From the NCBI GenBank assembly GCA_012517605.1, contig JAAYUS010000044.1, positions 1-62,578 on the forward strand: 62,578 nt of DNA, written 5' to 3'. The DNA comes from Bacteroidales bacterium (lineage in GTDB: Bacteria > Bacteroidota > Bacteroidia > Bacteroidales > VadinHA17). The notes beneath the pieces were generated by a model. That model searched no databases and had not been told where the DNA came from. It saw only the letters and a list, made by a program, of their open reading frames with translations. This document shows, piece after piece, positions 38,209 through 45,703 of this stretch. How positions within the stretch are numbered: position 1 is the first letter of the stretch; each line of letters opens with the position of its first letter. A program made the translations under genes and the position numbers.

Positions 38209-39471
38209 ATGAAAATGATTCAGGATTTCAATTTCAAAGGAATAAAAACCATTGTAAGGGTTGATTTTAATGTGCCTCTCGATAAAAAAACATTTGAGGT
38301 AACAGACGATACCCGCATACGGGGAGCGTTGCCAACCATAAGGAAAATCATCAGCGACGGAGGATCCGTGATTCTCATGTCACACCTCGGACGTCCTGAA
38401 GGCAGAATGGAGAAATATTCTCTAAAGCCGGTGCTGCCGGTGCTTGAAAAACATCTTGGGCAGAAAGTCCTGTTTGCCGATGACTGCCTTGGCGAATCAG
38501 CAGCTGCAATGGCGGCCGCCCTTAAGCCCGGAGAAGTCCTGCTTCTTGAAAATGTGAGGTTTTACCCTGAGGAAGAAGGGAAGCCTGTTTTGCCCGAGAA
38601 TGTTACCGAAGAAGAGAAGAAAGCTGCCAAGGCAGAGATGAAGGCAAAGCAGAAAGAACTGGCCAAAAAGCTTGCCAGCTATGCCGAAGTTTATGTGAAT
38701 GATGCTTTCGGAACGGCCCACAGGGCACATGGAACCACAGCAGTTATCGCCGATTATTTCCCGAAAGACAAAATAATGTTCGGATTTCTTATCAACAGCG
38801 AACTTGCTGCCATGGACAGGGTTCTCAATAATGCCCAGCATCCTTTCACAGCCATCATGGGAGGTGCAAAAGTCTCAGACAAGATTCTGCTTATCGAAAA
38901 CCTTCTCAACAGGGTTGATAACCTTATCATAGGAGGGGGAATGACATATACATTCATCAAGGCCCAGGGTGGAAAGATTGGCAAATCTCTCTGTGAGGAG
39001 GACAAGCTTGATCTCGCACTTAAGATACTTGAAAAGGCAAAGGAGAAAAATGTCAGGTTGTATCTTCCGGTCGACAGCCTTAACGGCGACAGGTTCGACA
39101 ATGAAGCTGCCACAAAGATTACTGCTGCGGATGCAGTTGATGACGGATGGCTCGGGATGGACATTGGAGAAAAGACAATTGAACTGTTCTCTGATGTCAT
39201 CAAGAACTCAAAAACGATCCTGTGGAACGGACCGATGGGAGTGTTTGAGATGGAGAAATTCTCGAAAGGAACAACAGCCATTGCGAAGGCAATTGCCGAT
39301 GCAACTTCAAAAGGAGCATTCAGCCTTATCGGCGGAGGCGATTCCGTTGCCGCAATAAACAAGAACAAGCTTGCCGACAAAGTCAGCTATGTTTCAACCG
39401 GCGGCGGCGCCATGCTTGAATACATGGAAGGCAAGAAACTCCCCGGAATTGTAGCAATCAGGGGAGAATAA
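38209..39471 (+). CDS. pgk: Phosphoglycerate kinase
   Basis: [25 protein letters not shown] and STGGGA motifs. 420 aa. Confidence 0.97.
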   Translation: MKMIQDFNFKGIKTIVRVDFNVPLDKKTFEVTDDTRIRGALPTIRKIISDGGSVILMSHLGRPEGRMEKYSLKPVLPVLEKHLGQKVLFADDCLGESAAAMAAALKPGEVLLLENVRFYPEEEGKPVLPENVTEEEKKAAKAEMKAKQKELAKKLASYAEVYVNDAFGTAHRAHGTTAVIADYFPKDKIMFGFLINSELAAMDRVLNNAQHPFTAIMGGAKVSDKILLIENLLNRVDNLIIGGGMTYTFIKAQGGKIGKSLCEEDKLDLALKILEKAKEKNVRLYLPVDSLNGDRFDNEAATKITAADAVDDGWLGMDIGEKTIELFSDVIKNSKTILWNGPMGVFEMEKFSKGTTAIAKAIADATSKGAFSLIGGGDSVAAINKNKLADKVSYVSTGGGAMLEYMEGKKLPGIVAIRGE

Positions 39472-39495
39472 CCGAATTATCAATAATTTTTACGG

Positions 39496-39530
39496 GAGCT
39501 GCATCATGACTTTTGGTGCAGCTTCTTTTA
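39496..39530 (+). terminator. Candidate intrinsic terminator after pgk
   Basis: Stem AGCTGCA (39497..39503) pairs with TGCAGCT (39517..39523) around a 13-nt loop, followed by a T-rich run tcttttatatt. Confidence 0.55.
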
Positions 39531-39551
39531 TATTATATATTGTAAATAACC

Positions 39552-39559
39552 TATCTTTG
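39552..39559 (+). promoter_or_regulatory. Candidate -7 box TATCTTTG upstream of the lipoprotein gene (near-leaderless)
   Basis: Exact TAnnTTTG only 4 nt before the ATG at 39564. A TTTA lies 21 nt upstream as a weak -33. Confidence 0.33.
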
Positions 39560-39563
39560 TTCA

Positions 39564-40091
39564 ATGGGAAAGAAAATTATCATAATACCATTGCTGGCCA
39601 TCCTTCTTGGCGGTTCATGCAAAAAGGATGATACTCCCGAAACATCGGGAATTGTGACAATCGATAATACACGGACTCTCGGTCAGACATATTATGTTTA
39701 CGGGTTCCTTTTCAGCAGTGCAAAAAAGGTATCAACCCTTGATACTCCAAAGCCTGATATCACGGTCGACAGCGATGGCACCAACCTCCTGTTCATGACC
39801 GACAACCTGAAAGACAGCTTTTACAATGCCGGAGAATATCCGGATGCTCCGTCGGCAAAAACAGCTTTTGACAATCTGAAATCGGCCAACGTGCCTGAAG
39901 CTTCATGGGAAGGGCTCGCTTCACCACTGAAAGTGAACCAGATCTGGATCTACAGGACCGGTCAGGACACCTATGCAAAGATTAGAATAATTTCGTTGAT
40001 CGGCGAACTACGAAACGGAGTTAACTATGCTGAATGTACATTCGAATGGGAATACCAGCCTGACGGAACTTTAACATTTCCCGGGAAATGA
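39564..40091 (+). CDS. Lipoprotein of unknown function
   Basis: Lipoprotein signal IIPLLAILLGGSCKKDD. I recognise no family. Its stop overlaps the next ATG as ATGA. Confidence 0.6.
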   Translation: MGKKIIIIPLLAILLGGSCKKDDTPETSGIVTIDNTRTLGQTYYVYGFLFSSAKKVSTLDTPKPDITVDSDGTNLLFMTDNLKDSFYNAGEYPDAPSAKTAFDNLKSANVPEASWEGLASPLKVNQIWIYRTGQDTYAKIRIISLIGELRNGVNYAECTFEWEYQPDGTLTFPGK

Positions 40092-41077
40092 CAGGGGAGT
40101 TGGCAGATCAGATTTTTAAAATAAATGACGATGAATCCTTCTCCCGGCTGGCACTGAAGATCTTCAGGCTCCAGGCTGAAAAAAATTCCGTCTACAGGAG
40201 CTTTGTGGAAAGCCTTGGCATCAATCCGGCAGTTGTTAACAAAATAACAGAAATCCCCTTTTTACCGTCGGAGATATTCAGAACGAGGAAAGTGATCATG
40301 GATGGTTTGAAGGAAAAGCTTGTCTTTGAAAGCAGCATGACAGCCGGATCTTCACCGTGCCGCCATTATGTTCATAATCCGGTAATTTATGAAACAAGTT
40401 ATTTAAAGTCTTTTAATATTTTCTACGGGGATCCTTCCGAATACTTCATTGCGGCTCTTCTGCCATCATATACCGAGAGGCAGAACTCTTCACTAGTCTA
40501 TATGATGAACGGGCTGATCAGTCTGAGCGGAGATAAAAGCAGCGGATTTTATAAAGAAGACAGGGAAAGGATTATTTACAATATTGAGAAAGCCAGGCTG
40601 ACCGGCAGGAAAACATTTCTGATAGGTGTCAGCTTTGCACTGCTTGACTTTGCGAATGACCTTTCACCCGACCTTGCCGGGACTATTGTGATGGAAACCG
40701 GCGGCATGAAAGGCAGAAGAAAGGAAATAACAAGGGATGAGCTTCACGGGATCCTTAGGGAAAAACTCAATGTGACCACAATACATTCTGAATACGGGAT
40801 GACAGAGCTGCTCAGCCAGGCCTATTCGGAGGGGAATGGCAGATTTTACTGTCCGCCGTGGATGAAGGTATTGATTCGTGATACCCACGATCCACTCAGC
40901 GTGACAGGGCAGGAAGGGAAAGGCGGGGGGATTAATGTTATCGACCTTGCCAACATATTCTCATGCTCCTTTATAGCAACAGGCGATTATGGAAGGCTTA
41001 CAGTTAACGGAGGATTTGAAGTATCCGGAAGATTTGACAATACTGATATACGGGGCTGTAACCTTATGGCTGACTGA
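40088..41077 (+). CDS. LuxE/PaaK-like acyl-adenylate-forming enzyme (acyl-protein synthetase family)
   Basis: N-terminal FSRLALKIFRLQAEKNSVYRSFVESLG...IPFLPSEIFRT and a METGGMKGRRKE motif resemble the LuxE-type family as I recall it. 329 aa. Confidence 0.5.
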   Translation: MTGELADQIFKINDDESFSRLALKIFRLQAEKNSVYRSFVESLGINPAVVNKITEIPFLPSEIFRTRKVIMDGLKEKLVFESSMTAGSSPCRHYVHNPVIYETSYLKSFNIFYGDPSEYFIAALLPSYTERQNSSLVYMMNGLISLSGDKSSGFYKEDRERIIYNIEKARLTGRKTFLIGVSFALLDFANDLSPDLAGTIVMETGGMKGRRKEITRDELHGILREKLNVTTIHSEYGMTELLSQAYSEGNGRFYCPPWMKVLIRDTHDPLSVTGQEGKGGGINVIDLANIFSCSFIATGDYGRLTVNGGFEVSGRFDNTDIRGCNLMAD

Positions 41078-41106
41078 GACAAAATATCAGGATGTTTTAA
41101 GCCTTT

Positions 41107-42147
41107 TTACAGGTAGACAATTCTCTTGTTGCTGGCACTGGCATAAATTGCCAGTACAAGTTCAACGGCCTTTTTAGCTTCGATGGCATCAACAGGCGGG
41201 GGCAGACCCTTGTCGATCGACTGTATTATATCCAGGAGCTGCCTCAGGTGTCCGATGTCGCTAATAGCTTTGGGATCTGATACTCCGCCTCCCGACTGGT
41301 TATTGCCTGAGTATTTTTCCCTTATTATCCTGTCGGAATCCCTCTCTTCATCAAAATTCCAGGCGATAAGCTTTTCCTCTTCTATAATGGCGGATCCCCT
41401 TGTGCCCAGAATTTCGATACGGCGGAAAAATCCGGGATGCACTGCCGTTGATGCTTCAATGACGCCCATGGCACCATTGGCGAATTTCACGGTGGCTGTT
41501 GCAACGTCTTCCACTTCCAGATTCTCGTGACCCACGAGCCCTGTGAAGGCGCAGACCGAATCGACCTTTCCCATGAACCATCTCAGGAGGTCTATCGAAT
41601 GTATCCCCTGGTTCATCACTGCACCTCCGCCGCTTGTATTAAGCAGTGATCTCCATCTAACATCACTGTAGTATTCGGCGCTTCTGTACCATTTTATATA
41701 TGCGTCACCCATCACAAGCTTCCCGAACCTTCCTTCATCAATGGCTTTTTTAAGTTCAATGTTCACCCTGCTGAAACGCATGGGAAATATTCCGGATACC
41801 ATCACATTGCGTTCGATGGCGGCATTTATTATCCTGTCGCATCTTTCAAGTGTTATTTCAAGAGGTTTTTCTATGACGCAGCCTTTTCCTGCATTTATGG
41901 CCGTAAGTGCCGGTTCAAGATGCTTTCCGGAGGGTGTGCAGATATTTACTATTTCAATTCTGTCGTCATTGCAAAGTTTCTCGGCCGATTCATAAGCCTT
42001 GCACCTGAATTTTGTGCTGAAAGCTATGGTTTTATCGGGATCATGGTCATACACGCCGACAAGCTCGGCATCCATAATAGTGTCAATAGCCCTTGCGTGG
42101 ACTTCGGCTATTGCTCCTGCACCGATTATTCCAAAACCATGTTTCAT
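41107..42147 (-). CDS. Gfo/Idh/MocA-family oxidoreductase
   Basis: MKHGFGIIGAGAIAEVHARA Rossmann motif, EKP motif (IEKPLEIT), 346 aa. Confidence 0.85.
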   Translation of the reverse strand: MKHGFGIIGAGAIAEVHARAIDTIMDAELVGVYDHDPDKTIAFSTKFRCKAYESAEKLCNDDRIEIVNICTPSGKHLEPALTAINAGKGCVIEKPLEITLERCDRIINAAIERNVMVSGIFPMRFSRVNIELKKAIDEGRFGKLVMGDAYIKWYRSAEYYSDVRWRSLLNTSGGGAVMNQGIHSIDLLRWFMGKVDSVCAFTGLVGHENLEVEDVATATVKFANGAMGVIEASTAVHPGFFRRIEILGTRGSAIIEEEKLIAWNFDEERDSDRIIREKYSGNNQSGGGVSDPKAISDIGHLRQLLDIIQSIDKGLPPPVDAIEAKKAVELVLAIYASASNKRIVYL

Positions 42148-42150
42148 TAT

Positions 42151-42516
42151 CTATCTCAGCGTAGGATAAAAGGCATTCTCTATGTGATCGATATCAAAGG
42201 TGCCTTCCCTTTCTATTATGGTTATGATATCAAACCTGCTTTCCTTATTAATATTGTACATCTTTACATACCAGTCGGCCGCAAAGATCATTGATCTCTG
42301 CTTCTCTCTTGTCACGGCATCCCTGGGATGAACCTGAAAATCAAAACTGCGTGTCTTAACTTCCACAAAAACAATGAAATCTTTATTCTCTGCCACTATG
42401 TCGAGCTCTTTCTTCCCTGATTTCCAGTTGCGGCTGCGGATCGAATAACCCTTCTTTTTCAGGTATTCAGCAGCGAAATTTTCCCCTTTTTCCCCAAGGG
42501 ACTGCGATTCACTCAT
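42151..42516 (-). CDS. yraN: YraN-family (UPF0102) endonuclease-fold protein
   Basis: GEKGENFAAEYLKKKGYSIRSRNWKSGKKELDIVAENKDFIVFVEVKTR has the typical PD-(D/E)xK-like core. 121 aa. Confidence 0.85.
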   Translation of the reverse strand: MSESQSLGEKGENFAAEYLKKKGYSIRSRNWKSGKKELDIVAENKDFIVFVEVKTRSFDFQVHPRDAVTREKQRSMIFAADWYVKMYNINKESRFDIITIIEREGTFDIDHIENAFYPTLR

Positions 42517-42564
42517 ATCTCGATTAGTTTAGGGAGAAAACGGATTTATATCTCGATTAGTTTA
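42515..42564. repeat. 17-bp perfect direct repeat ATATCTCGATTAGTTTA (33-bp period) at the response-regulator/yraN junction
   Basis: The copies lie at 42515..42531 and 42548..42564 and were read directly. Confidence 0.9.
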
Positions 42565-43193
42565 TTTTTTATTGCGAAAAGAATAAGGCTTGCTGTATTT
42601 TTTGAATTTGTTTTACCGAGAAGATTTGCCCTGTGCTTGTCGACTGTTCTTTTGCTTATGAAAAGAGTGTCGGCTATTTCCTGGTTTGACAGTCCCTCAC
42701 AAATCTTCAAAAGAATTTCCTTTTCCCTCTTTGAAAGGCTTGCTGACTTGCTTTCACTTTCTCTGTGCTTGATTTTCTGGATGACATGATACAGCAGCTC
42801 CTGGGAAAAATAGCTGCCACCCTTTAAGACTGTCAGAATTGCCTCCCTTACTTCCGAAATATCCGAATCTTTAAGGATGAATCCTTTTGCGCCGGCATCC
42901 ACCATTTTGTAATAATATTCCTCCTCACCATACATTGACAATGCAATAATATGTATCCCCGGGCACAGCCTGACTCCTTTTCTTGTAGCTTCAATCCCGT
43001 CCATTTCAGGCATATTGATATCCATAAGGGCAACATCAGCCTTCGTGTTTCTGAGTACACTGAGGAATTCCTCCCCGTTGGAAGCTTCACCGGTAACCTC
43101 GAAATCAGGAAAAGCATTCAGAAGGATTTTCAGGCCATTTCGAAAAAGCTGATGATCATCAGCGATTATTATTTTGATCTTTTCCATGGACAT
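42546..43193 (-). CDS. NarL/FixJ (LuxR-type HTH) response regulator
   Basis: Receiver domain (IIIADDH...DVALMDINMPEMDG), C-terminal GerE/LuxR HTH (LSKREKEILLKICEGLSNQEIADTLFISKRTVDKHR). The ATG at 43193 is 1 nt after the kinase stop. The ORF-track TTG start at 43202 is also possible. Confidence 0.9.
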   Translation of the reverse strand: MSMEKIKIIIADDHQLFRNGLKILLNAFPDFEVTGEASNGEEFLSVLRNTKADVALMDINMPEMDGIEATRKGVRLCPGIHIIALSMYGEEEYYYKMVDAGAKGFILKDSDISEVREAILTVLKGGSYFSQELLYHVIQKIKHRESESKSASLSKREKEILLKICEGLSNQEIADTLFISKRTVDKHRANLLGKTNSKNTASLILFAIKNKLIEI

Positions 43194-43194
43194 A

Positions 43195-44151
43195 TCATTC
43201 AATGATCTTTATAAGAGCACTGGTCCCTTTCCCCGGAGTGCTTTCGAGGATGAAAACACCGTCAACAGACCTGACGCGTGTATCGATGTTGGAAAGCCCC
43301 ATTCCCTTAGTATCCTCATTTTCCAGTGCAGAAGTGTCGAATCCGCGGCCATTGTCATAAAATTGCAAGGTAATGAATTTTTCATGTTTATTTAAATCAA
43401 TTTCAATCCTTGAGGCACCGGAGTGTCTTATTGAATTGTTAATCAATTCACAGGCGGCCCTGTAAACCACCACCTCCTTTTCTGTCTCAAGCCGAACATT
43501 TTCCATATTTGATTTGAAGTCTATCTCAATGGCTTTTGTCTTGTTAACCTTTGCCACAAATGCCGAAAGGGCACTTGACAGACCGAAGTTCGACAGTATA
43601 TGGGGGCTGAGGTTGTTTGAGATATCCTTTAACGTATTTATTGCCTCGTTCACAAGATGATTTGTGTTGTTAAGGATCTCTGTACCGGTCTGATCCGTTA
43701 TTCTTTTGTCGAGCGCCGAAAGAGACATTTTAACAGTGGACAGAAGCGGTCCCAGCCCGTCGTGCAGGTCTTTTGCAAATCTTTTCCTTTCATTTTCCTC
43801 TGTGGTAATGATGGCATTTATAACCCTCTTTTCCGACCTTGCCCTGTCAATATCTGCTTTTTTAAGGGAATAGAAAAGTTCACGTATGAGTACTACGCCT
43901 ACAATTATCATGAATGATATTAATACTCCAAGCCATTCATCTATCATTTGCCACATGTAAGAGGGCGTGCCCCTGAAATATTCAAAAAGCTGAATGAACT
44001 TCCTTACAGCCATTAAAGCGAAGGATAATGAAAGAAGGATCCACGACAGCCTGTATTTGGTCAGCTTCATGAAACGGAGGGCTATTGATGCAGCTATTAT
44101 CTGCAGCACTATCGAAATCATTAGGGCAATTAGTCTTACCATGATCTGCAT
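43195..44151 (-). CDS. Sensor histidine kinase, HisKA_3/DesK-NarX type, intramembrane-sensing architecture
   Basis: Three N-terminal TM helices with no sizeable extracytoplasmic loop, an H-box FAKDLHDGLGPLL, and an HATPase_c domain (NNSIRHSGA...DNGRGF...GMGLSN). Confidence 0.85.
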   Translation of the reverse strand: MQIMVRLIALMISIVLQIIAASIALRFMKLTKYRLSWILLSLSFALMAVRKFIQLFEYFRGTPSYMWQMIDEWLGVLISFMIIVGVVLIRELFYSLKKADIDRARSEKRVINAIITTEENERKRFAKDLHDGLGPLLSTVKMSLSALDKRITDQTGTEILNNTNHLVNEAINTLKDISNNLSPHILSNFGLSSALSAFVAKVNKTKAIEIDFKSNMENVRLETEKEVVVYRAACELINNSIRHSGASRIEIDLNKHEKFITLQFYDNGRGFDTSALENEDTKGMGLSNIDTRVRSVDGVFILESTPGKGTSALIKIIE

Positions 44152-44163
44152 ATGTTTACATCA

Positions 44164-44171
44164 CAAAAATA
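44164..44171 (-). promoter_or_regulatory. Candidate -7 box TATTTTTG upstream of the histidine kinase gene
   Basis: The plus strand reads CAAAAATA, 12 nt upstream of the ATG at 44151. Confidence 0.35.
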
Positions 44172-44246
44172 GAAGTAATTTGATTAACAGGTAAGAGGCT
44201 GAAAAACAAGGTCAGGATAACCAATGAAGATGTTTAGCAGCATGTA

Positions 44247-44277
44247 TTTGATGCTTTGAGCCTTTTTTATACCTTTG
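44247..44277 (+). promoter_or_regulatory. Candidate Bacteroidota sigma-A promoter (TTTG-N19-TACCTTTG) for waaA
   Basis: TTTG lies at 44247..44250, followed by a 19-nt spacer and TACCTTTG at 44270..44277. The ATG is 19 nt downstream (44297). Confidence 0.5.
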
Positions 44278-44296
44278 TCGGGCTCAGCCTGTTCCG

Positions 44297-45547
44297 ATGA
44301 AATACTTATATAATATTGGCATACTGATATATACGTTTGCTGCACGCATCCTGAGCCCTTTCAGCGGGAAGGCCAGACTGTGGACTTCGGGAAGAAAGGA
44401 CTGGGAAAAGCGACTGGGTAAAAATGTTAATCCTTTGAACACAAACCTGTGGATACATTGTGCATCTCTGGGTGAATTTGAGCAGGGAAGGCCGCTGATG
44501 GAAACAATAAAAAGATCCAGGCCTGACATAAAAATAATTCTGACATTTTTTTCCCCGTCAGGATATGAAATCAGGAAAAACTACAATGTTGCCGATTATG
44601 TCTGCTATCTTCCCGCCGACTCGCCTGGTAATGCAGCCAAATTTATTTCATTAGTTAATCCTGCAGCAGTCATATTTGTCAAATATGAATTCTGGAACAA
44701 TTACATTTCTCTCCTGGATAAGCTTAATATACCTTTATATCTTGTTTCAGGTATTTTCAGGCCAGGTCAGCATTTCTTCAGATGGTACGGGAAATTTTTC
44801 AGGAGAATGCTTTTGCGTTTCACACATATTTTTGTTCAGGACAGCAGGTCGGCTGAACTTTTAAGGAATGCAGGAATTGAAAAGGTGACCGTTGCCGGAG
44901 ATACAAGGTTCGACCGTGTTGTGGAGATTGCTGCTTCGGCAAAGGAGATACCAGGGATAGAAAAATTCAGGGGGACTGAAAGACTTGTCATGGTTGGCAG
45001 CAGCTGGTGGCAGGATGAAGAGATCATTGCAAGGTATATAAGGGAACATGCCGGGAATCTCAAATGGGTTTTTGCTCCCCACGAAATTGACATTCCTAAT
45101 ATCGGGCGGCTTGAAAAGCTTCTTGGACAAGATGTTGTAAGGTTTTCTGATTTTAACGGGAGCGGCAACGGTGCCCGGATAATGATAATAGATAATATAG
45201 GTATGCTTTCATCAGCATACAGGTATGCTCATATCGCTGTGATAGGAGGTGGTTTCGGGAAGGGGATTCATAATATCCTCGAAGCAGCCTGCTGGGGAAT
45301 TCCCGTGGTTTTTGGTCCGAATCATAAGAAATTCAGGGAGGCAGTAGAGATGATAGCTGCAGGCGGAGCCGGAACATACAGCAATTATGATGATTTCAGG
45401 CGGATAATCGATGGCTGGCTCGCTGATGAAAATTCTTATCGCTTATCTGCAGGAAATGCGCTTGAATATGTCAGAAAAAATACCGGAGCAACAAGCGTTA
45501 TTATGTCAAAACTTAATATGAAAGATATGAACAAGTCCTTTTCATAA
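44297..45547 (+). CDS. waaA: 3-deoxy-D-manno-octulosonic acid (Kdo) transferase
   Basis: N-terminal IWIHCASLGEFEQGRPL motif and a GT30 family pattern. 416 aa. Confidence 0.9.
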   Translation: MKYLYNIGILIYTFAARILSPFSGKARLWTSGRKDWEKRLGKNVNPLNTNLWIHCASLGEFEQGRPLMETIKRSRPDIKIILTFFSPSGYEIRKNYNVADYVCYLPADSPGNAAKFISLVNPAAVIFVKYEFWNNYISLLDKLNIPLYLVSGIFRPGQHFFRWYGKFFRRMLLRFTHIFVQDSRSAELLRNAGIEKVTVAGDTRFDRVVEIAASAKEIPGIEKFRGTERLVMVGSSWWQDEEIIARYIREHAGNLKWVFAPHEIDIPNIGRLEKLLGQDVVRFSDFNGSGNGARIMIIDNIGMLSSAYRYAHIAVIGGGFGKGIHNILEAACWGIPVVFGPNHKKFREAVEMIAAGGAGTYSNYDDFRRIIDGWLADENSYRLSAGNALEYVRKNTGATSVIMSKLNMKDMNKSFS

Positions 45548-45703
45548 GTTGTTAACAACTAATCAAAGTGCTTTTGGATGCCTTCTTTCAAAGAAAAGTA
45601 AATTTCAAGCCCTTAATTAACAAAATTGTAATCTTCTTAAAGCCGAAATTTTAACTATTTATATTAATCTTGCAGGTCTAAATGAATCCAAATTTTAATC
45701 CCA

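Noticed and set aside
40088-41077. The LuxE-like gene might mark a bioluminescence or fatty-acid-reductase locus.
   Set aside because: No luxA/B/C/D homologs are present in the window. The gene is paired only with a small lipoprotein gene.
45548-45703. A possible cobalamin or TPP riboswitch upstream of the TonB-dependent receptor gene.
   Set aside because: There is no B12-box or TPP (CUGAGA…ACCUGA) signature and no GC-rich helices. The receptor is the Oar-like CarboxypepD_reg type rather than the BtuB type.
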